NCBI GenBank assembly: GCA_050084515.1
Contig: CM114271.1
Span: forward strand, 25,606,001 to 25,670,000
Origin: Blasia pusilla
Taxonomy: Eukaryota
Direction of reading: 5' to 3'
DNA: 64,000 nt
The notes under the pieces were generated by a model. That model was not told the origin of the DNA and made no database searches. It saw only the letters and a program-made list of their open reading frames with translations. Below, piece after piece: positions 1 to 14,117 of the stretch. Each line of letters begins with the position of its first letter. The stretch's first letter is position 1. The position numbers and the translations under genes are program-made.

Positions 1-199
1 CACGAAATCCCATAATCCTCGCTCTCTGCAAAACTCCCATCTAGACCACAATTGGCACACCTGGCCATTTTCCTCACACAATCTTGGCACAACCAGCTCC
101 CCTTGTGGTTTGGTAGGAGGTTGACCCCTGGGCAAGAGTTCTCTATAGCCCCCGCTGATTTTGCAGTTGCATGGAAGTGTCTGGCACAAGGCCCGTCGC

Positions 200-480
200 A
201 AACAACCAGGTCTTTCCCATGTTGTGCGAATCCACATCGTCATACAACATACATCGTTGACATACCATACTCACATACATATATATCATAGACGAGAGCA
301 TCCACAAACACAAGTGTACCACAACTGAAATCCGTGAAAGACCTACTTTCATAAAACACGTATAGAATCACATACAATCGAGCCAAACCCATTACACGAT
401 GGGAGAATCCAGGTCAAAGCTTGCGGGAACCACCATAGCCAAGAGCTCTACTCACTATCAAGGCTAACTACCAAGGCAAT
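200..480. repeat. LTR-like repeat of a family recurring at ~55030-55300 and ~58925-59215
   Basis: Shares CAACATACATCGTT and CCAAACCCA...ACCATAGC motifs with the two later copies, which lie beside gypsy integrase remnants. Boundaries approximate. Confidence 0.4.
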
Positions 481-621
481 AGGCTCAACTCAAAGAACTA
501 ACTGTTCTTTGAGTGCACTCCACACTATATCCTCCAACCTAAGAGCGGGCCCTACTGGAAAAGTCACCCTCAACTCAGTAAACCCCAACCCTATGTATGA
601 AACCGCATCTCTACCTAGACA

Positions 622-1870
622 CTACGGCCCTACATAAGGTATGGCCTCTATTAGCATACTATACTCTACGACATAATCCGTATGGTCATGATACCCATCA
701 TCACAGATTGCACAAATGTGGGTTGCCTTTTGCAAAACCTGGAGTGCACTATATGGCGCATAAGTGCTCATCTTGAGGGTTTTCTTGGCCTCGTATTTCG
801 GGCGCGCCATCCTTGTACTCGTACATTTTGAGACAAAAGACAATAAGATTACTATTAGGTGTAGAAATTCAATGGATCTTGAATGTCCATGATTCAGGCA
901 TGGAAAAAAAAAGGCTATAAAATGGATGTCAATGCATGTGGAGGTTACCTATTGCCTTCACGATACTCGGATTTCCAATAGTCAAACCTTTCGTACCTGT
1001 ACATAGAACAAGTTAAAGTTAAGTAGCATAAGAAGCAATAATTTCTACAGAAATCATTACTTCTTATTAATTATTTGGTTGCATACATCCCCGTAATAGC
1101 GTCTTTTATCGTCCAAGGTCAAGAGTGTACACACACCATGCCCCCTCAAAATAAGCCCAATTCCCTCAATGAAGACAAATATCGTGCCTCAATTCATGAT
1201 TGGCAACCATGGATCCTGTTATTGTCTTCATGTTTATAATGACAAATGTTATCCGTCTGCCATATGAGGGGCCTCAAGTTAGGCTATGGATCTTACTCGT
1301 TACCATACTGCAGCATCACGACATATGTTTAGGCAACATATGCAAACTTTCCCAAAAATTGTTCTACGACTTGAGCGAATGCATACTAAGTCCCCCGAGG
1401 TTACAACTTCCCAAGTATTACAATACTCAAGAGTAACCTCTACCGTGTGGCCACCAATAGAACGTGCATATTCAATGATGGCTCGTGCCTTCCTAACAAT
1501 GGGATGATCCTCCCTAGGGAGAATCCCCCTTGCATCATGACAGATATGAAGAGTGATTTTGCAGGTGAACCCAAGCATTAGCCATGCTAATAGTGCTTCT
1601 CTATCCTCCCTCCACATAACAATATCTACAAATCGGACATACACGTGGCAATCTTCTAAGCGGGAATAGCCAATTCCTAATATGCCTTTGTTGCCTATTT
1701 GGGGTCCAATAACGGTCAGAGTAAGTATGAAAGTAACAAATGTTTTCCCTTGCAGATTCTGGGAGGGCAAGGATACGGTCCAAGAGACTAGTAGGCATGA
1801 TCATGGTAAAGATCTTGACCTTCACTTCAAAAGGAAGGCTCCTTAATCTGGACAAAAAGTACCCTTAGTC
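622..1870 (-). mobile_element. Degenerate retroelement-like coding remnant (zinc-knuckle-like motif plus unrelated ORF fragments)
   Basis: CAICDDGYHDHTDY at 673-714 fits C-x2-C-x4-H-x4-C with the last C as Y (TGT>TAT). Flanked by broken ORFs and the LTR-like repeat. Confidence 0.35.
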
Positions 1871-2397
1871 ATTTTGAACCATTGTTTGGAAAGAAACACC
1901 CGCCATCACTCTGATGCCATCCAGAGACATGAAGGATGTTACATTCCTAAGACTTCTCTTTCCATAGTGCACAAGGCTACAATTGCCCGGTATTCAATGA
2001 CAACAAAACTTCTCTCTCCGTTCAAGTGAATACCCTAAATATTTACTAAAGTACAAAAGAGTAGTTCAAAACTAAGTATACAAAGAAGTCACCATACAGA
2101 TCGTCCACCTCTCCCTCAAGTATCCACCTATGGAACTTTTCATGGATTGGTACATGGGATTTCTTTTATTGCACTATGTGACGCATATGTCCTTTAAGAT
2201 ATTCAAGAAGTTCCTACAAAAAAATCCCATGAATACCAATCAGATTTCATACCTTTATAACCGTGTCCAAGGAAAACGTAGCTTCCAGATTTTTATACAT
2301 GCTTACTATATGCTCTGACTCCTTCAAAGCTCTAACAACCACCAATGATTATAACACTTGAATCTCTCCACCAACACTTTATGGTCAACATTCACAC

Positions 2398-2504
<107 letters not shown>

Positions 2505-2630
2505 CCATTAAGTAGTGTCTGTCATAGCCTTGCCACCATAGACCCGCGCCCTAGTTGGATGGTGCTTGAGACTAGGATGGGTTTAGAGAGAGAAGCAAGT
2601 GAAGAAGGTACCATATGAGAGGAGGGAGAC

Positions 2631-2782
<152 letters not shown>

Positions 2783-2881
2783 GGCTACGCTGAATCACAA
2801 TCGAGATGCTCACATGGAAAAAGTGTTCAAGGGGCTTACCCTGCCTTGTTTGCAGCATGTCGAAGGAAGCTAGACCCGTAA

Positions 2882-3092
2882 TTCACCGTGGGCAACCTCT
2901 CCGTGGAGTCCTTCATCCTATGCATGACCAAAGGAGGGGACAAGGTCGTCCAAAACGTCCCTTTTGGCTGCGACCACGCCAACGAAGGCTTGTTCATGGG
3001 CATCGGGGGCATCCTTGGCCTCGGCAAGGTCTCCGTGTCCTTCCCTACCCAGCTTGCCTTACCCTACGTGAAGAAGTTCTCCTACTGCATGG
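2882..3092 (+). pseudogene. Internal fragment of a nepenthesin-like (A1 family) aspartic protease gene
   Basis: GNLSVESF...VPFGCDHANEGLFMGIGGILGLGKVSVSFPTQLALPYVKKFSYC matches the FGC...GILGLG...S.PSQL...FSYCL region of plant A1 proteases. No catalytic DTG/DSG motifs nearby. Confidence 0.85.
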
Positions 3093-6000
3093 AAGAGAGA
3101 TAGAGAGTTGGGGTGCGGGGGGGGAGGGGGAGGGGAAAACCCTTAACGCGGGCTTTAGGGTTTTCAAGAGGGTTTAGGGCCTAAATCCTATTTCCCTTTA
3201 CTCCACTATCTCTAACTTTTTTCTCTAACTTTGAACAAGTTTTAGTCATTTTCTTCATAATAGTTGTAGGTTAGATGATCCAAGTCACTCTTTGGAAGAT
3301 AGAGAGGAGAAATAAATTGTTCATTTTGCTCATTACATGGCTAGGTTTTAAACATTGATATACAAGTTAAAGTGGCTTCCTAAATGTTTTCATGTTGTTA
3401 AATAAGTATCAAATTGTGACTCCCCTACCGTGTGAGTAATTCTCAAGTAACAATGCCGGTTTTGGAGTAACTAAGAGTAATAAAAAAGAATCTAAGTAAC
3501 ACGAGTCACAATGATATGGGTTTAAAATGGCCCTTTTTCTACTAGTGTACCCATCATGTTGATCCCTACAAAGATATCTACCACTCTTGCACCCTTCTCC
3601 AAACGCTACCACACAACATGTGTGATATCCAAAGATAGCAAGTCTCCAATCCAAGAGCATGACCGACACCTAACTCTGTGTGCTCCAAGACACAAGCGCG
3701 GCTCCACGCCTCCCTCATAAGCTTGTTTGCACTCATTTGCAACTAAACACTCGTACCCAAAAATGATAAAGAAGTCTCCGTACCATGGAAAGAGATACCC
3801 ACCCAACCATGTCTCTTAGTAGGACTATCTACTACTAGGATGTCCTCCACATGGGTGCTCCTCTCCCATAACTCTCATGGTTAGCTAACACTACCTATGA
3901 ATGCTGCCAACATGATCACCGTATCGTCGCGTGGTCGACCACCACAATGCCCTACAAACTACACCGGTAGATGGTTCACCCGCCCATCATTTGATTTCCA
4001 TCCAAATCAATAAGAAATTGTCTCCTCCCATAAATCAAGGATGAAACCAAAGGGGTATTACACCGTACTCCCTACCAACATATCATACGACTCTGCCGGT
4101 ATCGTAATCGCACGAGAGCATACCGTCGCACTATTTGACGGATGCTCTAGCTAGATTCTGACCACTTTCTCTTGTCGAGTCATGTACAGCGTAGGTAACA
4201 CGTTCCCAATAGAGGTTTGTATTTGAAAAGGACGTGCTAAGCTCAATGTTTCCTTTCCATAATTAAGAACCAAACCAGGTATATGGACAACTTGGGCATG
4301 GTACTTGCTTTCTCGAAGCAAGCCTAGGGGTGAAAGCGAGGTAGATCCAATGTTTGGTTAGCCAAGGCCAGCTCTGGGATTCAAAGTTTTGTAGAGCTAA
4401 TAGAGATGCACATGCTTAAGGTAAAATAAGTTTTCCATAATTGTAGTTCATTTGTGAATCATCTGATTGTTTTTTTTAGCCTATTCCAGTCCTAATATAT
4501 TCTTTAATGATTTAGGTATCGAGATAGAGCTCTCTATGTTCAAAAACGTTCTTTTGAACCTAGAGACCTCTCGATTAAAGTGGTTTCTTTGACCTCAAAG
4601 AATCCACTTCAATGGGAAGGATGCAACAAGGCTATTTAGCCATATATCTAGTGGAATCAAGCTATATCAACTTTGTGTTTTGAGGCATCAGATATATGCT
4701 ATTTGATTTGACTTCAGCCAAAACAACCCATCTTATAGACTTGATAAAACAACTCTGGATAATGGCCAACTACCAGCCTTTAAGCCTATCCCTAACAATC
4801 TGGATAACCCACATCACTTCCCAATTCTCCCTAAATTGGATGATATGATCATTATATCTTGCGATCCTAGCATGGGTCTTTCTAGCTCTTCTCACATTGG
4901 CTTGAAACACTCCAACCAGATTCCAACGAGTTCTACTTCAGCCCACAATAGTGATTAAAATTATATTTTGCAACCTCCAAGCAAGCACAAATGTATTTGA
5001 TTGGAGTATCTTGCCTTGGTGCAGCATTGCGATTATGTCTCATTCTTGATTTTCCGTTTGTCACGCAATGTCATTGTCTTATTTCCATCATGTGTTTTCA
5101 ATAGTGTTTCTTGATGAAATGCAAGTTTTTGTTGGACATACCATCACTCTAATCAACCATGACATCGCTTTCCACAACTTACATAGATGCTCCTACAATA
5201 AGATTTTGCAGATGTAGTCTCCACACTACTTTCATGAATAGCAAGATCTACCTTCATTTGGAACAACATGCTTTATGTCCACAATTCAAGATCGACACCA
5301 TTTTCTAACTTCTAAACTTCTCAATTTTAAGTGTAGCCATGGGACATTAGAACCCATTAGCATGTTTTTGTGTTTCATTGAGATTCCAATGCTTATACTA
5401 TAGTTACTACTGATTGCATAAATTCAAAATGATTTTTTTCTTTACATTTTTTGCGTGTTTCTCTATTGTTCACTCTTTGCTTGTTTTAGTTTTCTACACC
5501 AACATGTACCTTTATTGCTTTACTCTAGTATCCCCCTGCAACTTAATCTTATAACTTGGTTAGACTCTTATAGTTGTTATGGTTGTAGGTTGCAGGCATA
5601 TAACTCACTCCACCTCCACCTCCACAAAGGAGTAGTTTTGGCGCAACTTAAAACTTGTCAAATGCCACATCGATTGACTTTGAAGAGACTCCAATGCACG
5701 ACCACCATCAACATGGGTCCATTGCTGTTGATGTTTATGATTCAATTTCTTTGGCATTACATGAAGCAGAAGAATGTTGTATTCATCTCTCTATAAACAT
5801 TGCTATTCTTACAGATATGTTTTGAGCAACTCAAGGAGAGGCTCGATTAAGTGTTGCTACTTAAGCTGAAACAAAGCATAAATTAGCATAAGCGAAGGCT
5901 TAGTTCAAAGATTTTTGCAAAGACATACAAAAATTATATAGAAAATGATCTAGAACTTCGTTTGCAAGCATCCGTAATAGAATGCATGTTGCGATGGTAG

Positions 6001-6649
6001 TTCTTTATAGGAGTTCTTGCGACTACATATTTTGATCCAACAACAACCAGTGTTCAAGACATGTTGCTTTTGTAAATGTTGTTAGCTAAGGTTTTCACTT
6101 TATGTTTTATGTTACCATGATTCAAAACAATTTTTTTGCTTCAATGGCTAGTGTATGCCTCGATATATTTGCCTTAGATACTGCTGATGAGAACTTTAGT
6201 TGTTGATTTATGCCATAAAACTTCAAAGCGCCACTTTCGTTTAAGCTGGCACCACTTAACTCTTGTAGTCCCCCTATATTACTTATGGCTTCCTCCAATG
6301 GATGGTTTCTCCATTTACTTTCTATTTGCACGCATTTTATTCATGCATTCCTTGCTTGTAGCATCACAATTCAGATCGACACTTTTGCTTCACTATGCAA
6401 CCTTTGCTTGCATATCCTTGTAATAGATGTTCCACACAAGCTTTCACTTGGTATTTTCTGCCATTTCAAAAAAACCCTTACGTAAGAATTACGAGCACAT
6501 GCCACTTTTGCAGTAGCCTCATATTATAGAGTGTCGTCGTCCAATTGATTGTATCTCCCTTATGCATTCTATTTGCACATGTATTTATAACACCATCCCT
6601 TTTGTGTGGGACCCCATTCACCTCTATGTGTGAAATTAGCCTTCGCTCA

Positions 6650-6765
6650 TATCCAAATGCATGCTCAACATTTATTTATGTTTCTTATCAACCGCACTTA
6701 GTTCTAATCCTACTCCCAACATCCAAATGCATGCTCATAATTTTATTTGTGTTTCTTATCAACCC
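6650..6765. repeat. Imperfect ~45-bp direct repeat, period ~70 bp
   Basis: ATCCAAATGCATGCTCA...GTTTCTTATCAACC at 6651 and 6721. Confidence 0.8.
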
Positions 6766-8782
6766 CATCAATCTTACTCAACTCTAATTAGAACATAGAT
6801 AAATATTCCAAGACTATTCATTATCTGTGCTAGGATGCGGCTTCACTACTCATCAAAAGTATCACCCTTTATTTATTCGAGCTCCACCAATGAATATATA
6901 CGATATACCACATATTCTTAGTTGCTTACGAGTTGGTGCCCGTGCGAGGCACTAATTTATAAGTTTGAATTACCCATCTTAAATGTACGATTGAATTCAC
7001 GCGATCCTATTGGTTTAGACAACAAGCAATTATATTGGCTAAAAAATGAATGTGTTAAAAGGAGAGGTGATCTCAAAATGAATAGGCACTCTTCAATAAT
7101 ATAATAGGTGAACTATGCTCACCGCTTACTGACCACATCCCACGATCATATACTCTGGTCAGTATTGCATGTAGTAATGCTCATGCATTCTCGATCCTAC
7201 TATTTGTCCGGTCCAACCATCTATATTATTGAAAGAGGTTGGGACTTGAGGAACCCCTCCTCTGCCGTCAACATGTATGCTTTCTGCACTCCTCCCGTAT
7301 TGACATGTTTATTGTTCGACGGAAGAACGAACAAGAGGAGCTCAAATCTAAAAGATTTAACGAACATGTTTCCCGTAGGATGATTTTTTCACCCGTGCAT
7401 AGCGTAAGGGCGGATGCTAGTAGATTTTGTGACCATTCACCGTTTAAACCATTCATTATTATGGACCGCACGCTTGTTCTTGCTGGGAAATGAATGGGAA
7501 ATGAATGGCAAATGGGTGAAATTCGGATGCGGTGAACGTGGGGCGGCGAATGCAAAACGTGGAAAGCTAGGAACGGAAAGAGGAAAAATCAGTTAACTTG
7601 CCAGACGGAAATCCATCGCGGCAGTAGACGGCGCAGAAGTAGGGGCAGAAGAAAACCAGACCGGATGGGACCTGACCGGCGAGCGACATACAAAGCGAGA
7701 CTAGCGAGTGCGCTCTGTGTGGGAAACGCGGGCAGCGGCGGGAGGGTCGCGGGCAGAGCTAGAAGAGCATGCATGGATAAGCAAAGTCGATGGACATGGG
7801 AGGAAACTGCACAAACCGGGCGAAGAGAGGCCGAGAGCGGGTGCCATCAGGAGGGGCAGCGGAGAAGTGCGGCGTGTGCTGCGGATCTCGCAAACCACGG
7901 CCAGGGATTGGGTGGGAGAGGGCTCGTGCAGGCGGGCAGCGGCGAAAAAGGGCGGATCCGCATCCTCTTCGGGTTCCCGTTGAGGTGCGGGTGCCCACCT
8001 CCCCTCTGTCCACCCGTTCCGAATCGCACGGGCTCCAAGGAGAGGGACGGGCCCCGGCGGGACTAGGCGCGGGTGGAGTTGATGGACCGGCGAAGCGCCA
8101 ATTGAAGGGGAGGGTGCTTAGCAATTGTTCTCTTCCTTCTGCTTTCTGGCCTCGCGAGAAGGCAGGCAGCTCGGCATCCCGTGTTGCTATCCGCCTTGTA
8201 CCTCTCTCTCTTTGTTGGGGCGGAAGTAGGAGCAGGCAGCAGTAGCTCGTGGGATTCCTAGGCTTAGATTGGGACAGGGAACAGTCCGCTGGTTCTGGAT
8301 CGAGAAAGAATCGAAGAGGGAAAAAAATCGGGAGAGATTTTCTCGAGTGTTGCTGTGGCGTGGGAATGCACGTGATGCTGGTTCGTTCGTGAGCGATGGG
8401 AGGGAAGGAGTGATTGATTGATTCACTGATGCGGTTGGTGGTTGCGGGTGGGCGAGCGAGTGAGCGAGGTCGATTAGATCTGGTGTATCCATTTCGCGTG
8501 CGAAGGTGCATCTTTTTGGATCGAAGGAACAGACGTTCCGTGGGGAAGGATTCGAATTCGTTGTTCTTGGGGGAAGGACTGTTTTGCATTTTTTTTGGGG
8601 TGAAGTAGTTTGCTGTTGGGGATCGTGTGATCTGTTTGCGATCTTGGAGGATCGGAGGGAGTCCAGGTGTGAGAATAATTGGTGATTTGTGACAAGGGGA
8701 AGGCCCCTTGCAGCACGGCAGAATCGGATTCTGAGAAAGGAACAGGCCTGAGGCCGTGTGAGGGGAGAGCAGAGGATCGAGA

Positions 8783-11700
8783 ATGAGCAGCATAGGATCT
8801 GCTGCGAATGGAGCAGCTCTGGGACCTGGGGGGAAACGGCAAGGACAAGCGTCGACTCCGAAGCGGCCTGGGGTGGCAAGAAAAAAGCCTCCGTCTGAAA
8901 GTGGCGGGGTTAGAAAGACGGGCGGGGCGGGCAGACCTCTGTATGACTCTTGTCCCTTTTACTGGAAATCAAATTGAGTTTGTTGTTGTGGAGGCTAGTA
9001 TCAAGGGTTTTGGCTTACGATGGTAGTAAAGTTTTGTCGTGCTCTCAATTTGCTGTGAAAGTACCGGATCTATACAGCATGAGATCCTGCGGAAAGAATT
9101 GCGAAACAAATATCTTTGAATGACGCTCAAACTCACTAGTCGCCATAGGCAGTTGAGAATTGGGAGTGAATTGGCTCTCTTGCCCCAAATTCATGGATGA
9201 GAAAGTGCAGCTTATCTAATGTATGGTTTGCTGGTCTGGTTCACGTTTGAGCGTGTAGGTCATAGAACCCTCTCTTCGCCTGGGAGCGGAAGAATGTGGT
9301 CGCATGGAAATATTTAATATTTTGCCTCACTCTGAAATTGTGGATGTACGCATATCTAGGCATATCGACGAGGCAGTTTTATAAATACAGACACCCGGAA
9401 TCTTGAGAATCTTGATGTCATGAGTTCTCTCGTCCATACCGCAGTACACTGTCTACTGTGGCAGGAAAATGTCAAACGATTATCCGCTTAGGTAATGCAG
9501 TACCGTCTTGTGCATTCTTAGAATGTGCACACCGGTTGGAAGACTAGAGAACTTATGCTCTCTCACTATAGGTTTCTTCTAGCGTAGACTGCGAACAGTG
9601 GTAAGAAAGTAGGAAGGGCACCGGTATCCGTAGTCAAATAAGTATGACGTAGGTGGAATTAGTTTCAAGCAAATCCCGAAAAGTGCTGAAAGTTTCGAGT
9701 CACTTTGTTAGGATTCACATTGTTGTCAAATACCTATGGTACTGTTTGTGGGAAGCTTCTTGACTGGCAACACAAAGGATGTTGCGATAGCATGAAAGCT
9801 GGGCTGGCTGGTAGGTTTTGAATTCGAATTTATCATGTGTGCAGCCTTTGCTGGCATCTCCATTGATTGAAGACGTGATGCTATTTCGGTACAAAGGATG
9901 TAGATTTGCAGCTTTGAGAAGCTCAATAATGGACAGTTATTGTTTCAAGCTCTACAATATTTTTTGAGATTCCAATGCCCTGTTTCTCTTTACCAAACAG
10001 AACCTCTCCAGGGGAGCGAACTGTCAAAAGATTGCGGCTGTCAAAGGCCCTCACCATTCCTGATGGCACAACAGTTGCAGATGCTTGTCGCCGCATGGCC
10101 ACCCGAAGGGTGGATGCTGCCCTTCTCACTGATGCTAGTGCATTACTCTGTGGAATCATCACTGACAAGGTGACAGATCGGTTGGGTCTCTGACGGCTAT
10201 ATCTGGTTGTGTGACTTTATGGCAGTGTGGATGTTTTCCTGTTTCTGTTTCTTCAGTATGATTTCTACACTTCAGGTGAGGTGAGAGCCACTTTTCTTGA
10301 CAGCTTTTTGCACCTCTCAGGTCAGTCCAATTGTGTTGTGTAGGATGTGGCTACAAGGGTTATAGCTGAAGGTCTGAAACCTGAAGAGACATCTGTGTCA
10401 AAAGTTATGACACGGAATCCAATTTTTGTGATGGGAGATACTTTGGCTGTAGACGCCCTACAGAAGATGGTTCAAGGTGAGTGGTCCAATGTAGAACGCT
10501 GATAGTACGTTTGAGTGATTAGCTTTCTATTATCAAGATGAATTGCACGAATATGAGGCAATATGAAATAGGGTTGGACTGGAGGCCATATAAGTTGCAG
10601 GCCCTTATTTATGTGCGCTATGGTTCTTCCCTATGGATGTGGGAGCCTATCAAGACTCTGGTATTGGTGGTTGTTCTAGTAGATTATTGTGCAACTGTGC
10701 CGTTTGGGTTTGGCTGCATGCATCAAAGCAATTCGACGTATAGGTGACTAAATACTGCAATATGCAGGCAAATTTCGGCATCTTCCTGTTGTTGAGAACG
10801 GTGAAGTAGTTGCCCTCCTGGACATCACCAAGTGCCTGTATGATGCAATTGCACGCATGGAGAGGGCAGCTGAGAAAGGCAATGCTATAGCTGCAGCTGT
10901 GGAGGGTGTTGAACGCCAATGGGGAAGTGGTGTCAATGGTGGGTTTTAGAGAGACCTGCAGAACTTGTGGATGGCTTTCTCGTCTTTTATTGAGATTCAG
11001 AATTGCTCATTATTATAGAGAGCCAATGTTCACAAAGATAATCATGGAAGAGTTGATGTTGAAGAATTTGTTGTTATCTCTGCATCTGCTCTGATAACTG
11101 TATTTTCTGTCAAGCAGCTCCATCCAATTTTATTGAAACATTGCGTGAGCGAATGTTTCGACCGACTTTAGGCTCTCTGCTTACTGAAGGAACCAAGTAG
11201 GTTTTTTCTTTGCTTTGTTTCTTTTTGCATTCCCTACAAGAATTGGTGCATTGAAGGAGTCTAAATTGGCTAAAAACAGTTGCAGATACATCTGGAACAA
11301 CAGGTGCTTAAACCATAAACATGTGCTGGGTGCAGGAGTTAAGTTTGCTTGCTCACATTCAAGTGAACTTAATTTTCTATTTCTTTTGACAGGGTTGCAA
11401 CAGTCGGTCTTTCTGACACAGTATACACTGCAACCAAGAAGATGCGCGATCTGCGGGTTAATTCAGTGGTAATCACAACAAACAGCAAGCCTCAGGGCAT
11501 TCTCACGTATGGATTTCATCCGCAACTCGTGTTTTCAGACGAACAAGAACCTTTATTCTCAGTCAGCAGAAGTAATTTACATTTTCTCCCCATTTTGAGC
11601 AGGCCAGCAAGGAGAGATGAGAGAAACCTTGATGGTCATGTAACATGCCTCTGTGTACTTGTTTGTGAACTCCACAGCTCAAAAGATGTGTTGATGCGAG

Positions 11701-14104
11701 TTGTTGCACAGGGTCTACCACCTGACACTACACCAGTGGAGAAGGTATGTTCCAATGTCTTACTAGGTGATAGATTGGAACCGGTCGATGGTGTTGTACT
11801 GAAAGGAATTGGTAATTTACTGTGGAATTTGTTAGGTTTACCTTACTAGACACTGTTTGCAGTGAGAAAGTTTTTGGTCACTTACTCACAAACTATTGCG
11901 GATGTAGGTGATGACCCCAAATCCGGAATGCGCTTCACTTGACACGACCATTGTAGATGCACTGCATACAATGCACGATGGCAAATTTTTGCATCTTCCA
12001 GTGGTGGATCGAGGTCAGTATTTGTCTCATTTGTTGAAGTGAAGACTTGTCACTACCTGGCCCCCATACTAATTTTTTATTCCTGGCATGCAGATGGTCT
12101 TGTTGTGGCATGTGTTGACGTTCTGCAGCTCACGCATGGAGCTGTTGCAACAGTATGTCTTTCTGAAACAAAGATGCACCCAACATTGAATGTGTGTGAT
12201 GTATTACAATCTGCGAAATCCTTTTTAAGTGAACACTAGATTAGTCAAATTTTTGTTATATCTGAAAAAATATAACTAAGTAGAGAAAACTAACTGTCTC
12301 AAAATATATCAACCTGAATTGCATTTTTCAGTCAAGTTGCATGGTTGATGTTTCATTGATGACCATGCTTTGAGATCATAATGATATGCAGGGTTTCTTT
12401 TTCTTCATAACCTCTGAGGTTACGTTTCCTCAGAGTACTAAAAATCTGAGTTGTGTGTGAAGGTGGGCAGCAATCAAAACGGTTCTGGTGATGTTGGTGG
12501 TACTATGCTACAGAAGTTTTGGGATTCAGCCTTGGCTTTAGAGCCGCCGGAAGATGATGATGATACTCACAGGTAATTTGCAAGTTTGAATTGATACAAC
12601 TGTTCGGGGAATGTTTGACAGCGCTTTTTTGTTGGGTCTCTTCAGTCAATGCAAAGTTTTCATGTGCCAGTTGAGTTTATTTACTCAGAATATGTGGAAC
12701 AGAGAAGGGAAGCTGTACGGTCAAGAGAAGATTTTTCTGAGGTGTAATTCTGGATGAGAAGGCTTCATGGCATGCACTTCTAGAAGGAAGATTTAAAGAA
12801 TTTCAATACTGAAGGTTCTCCCCCTCTTTTAATGTGATTGTAGTGTGACTGCCAGTGATATATCCGCAAGGCATGCAGCTTCAGATGTCTATGGCTCAGA
12901 AGCTGGTGGTGGACGGCAAAGTTACCCATCCCTTGGGATGGGAAATACTTTTTCTTTCAAGCTGGAGGATCGGAAAGGCCGTGTTCATCGTTTTAATTGT
13001 GGTAAAGTTTGATTGACTCTTCAAGCTATGACATGTTCTGATTAGTAGCTGTGTTGATTTAATCTGGAACATGCCATCGCAAGTTCTTACCTCTTACCTC
13101 CCAGGCAGGCAGGAGTGATTCAAAAGTATATTCAAAATTATATTATGTTATTTCCTTATTTAGAACTGGACAGGTAGATGTGTTCTAGTGTTTCTGAGGT
13201 ATGGACCTGGTTATTGTTCCTGACTAAAACAGGGACAGAGAGTCTTACAGAGCTGATTTCGGCCATAGTACAGCGTGTAGGTGACGATGTGGATGTGACT
13301 CAACTTCCTCACATCATGGTAGGCTATGGGGAGTGCTCTTACCCTGCTTTTCTGGATTGAACAATGTGGTTGGATGGTGTGCATCACCATCAGAGAGAAG
13401 TAATATATCCATCTGCAGAATGAAGATGTGATCTCTAGCTCATGTGGGGGTGACATTTCCTCATCATTTGTTAGTTTTTGCTTTGAAGCCATGCCAGATT
13501 TTTTTGGGGCCTGATGCTAGCCTGTTGATGATGTTGGATCAATCAATAAACTTTTTGTCTGGACTTCTGCAGTATGAAGATGATGAGGGGGATCGAGTAC
13601 TGTTGGGAAGCGATAGTGATCTAGTTGCGGCAGTGAACTTTGCACGGGTATCTGGCTGGAAGGTTAGTTTAGCACTGTCATTTCATTTCAAAAGTGAGTT
13701 CTTTGTAGTTAAAATAGCTCGTATGGTTGGAGTCTTGTCCATGGAGGTTTCACGTCCGTAATCGATTCGTAAATCATCCATTGATAATGTCTTAAAATTA
13801 CTAGGGATGGTTACATAAGACTATGTTGGATATCAGAGTAAACATCTATTTTTTTCTTTCTGATAGTATTTTCTTGCAGGGTTTGAGACTCTTCTTGGAC
13901 TACACGCACCTGCAGACTCTGCGCACTGTAACACAAAAAGTTCCCAAAGGACCTCCCAGAATTGAACACCGTAACTCTGAGCCAGTACATGTGGAAAACG
14001 AGAGCAGCTGGCTAACACCGGTTCATGTTCAGACAGCTATTGTGGCAGCCACAGTTGTAGTTGTTGGTATTTCTCTTGCAGTGTACCTGAAAAGGTCTAA
14101 CTAG
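8783..14104 (+). CDS. CBSCBSPB: CBS-domain / PB1-domain tail-anchored protein (CBSCBSPB family), isoform with last exon A
   Basis: GT-AG exons in consistent phase: 8783-8940, 10001-10169, 10344-10476, 10768-10938, 11118-11196, 11393-11506, 11678-11744, 11908-12013, 12094-12152, 12463-12572, 12844(or 12856)-13001, 13233-13318, 13573-13662, 13880-14104. Motifs: GERTVKRLRLSKALTIPDGTTVADACRRM, GKFRHLPVVENGEV, PB1 FSFKLEDRKGRVHRF...YEDDEGDRVLL, and a C-terminal hydrophobic helix. Confidence 0.95.
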
Positions 14105-14117
14105 ATTTTTGTTGCAG

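Noticed and set aside
4950-6600. Possible decayed transposase
   Set aside because: Coding-like fragments, but no diagnostic motif could be identified.
6936-6956. GTGCC-CGTGCGA-GGCAC hairpin as a Helitron 3' end
   Set aside because: No properly spaced CTAG terminus and no linked Rep/Hel sequence.
7589-8879. Long overlapping ORFs, including 344 aa at 7759-8793 on the minus strand
   Set aside because: Low-complexity P/R/S/G translations on both strands of the GC-rich promoter/5'UTR of the CBS gene; no domain recognised.
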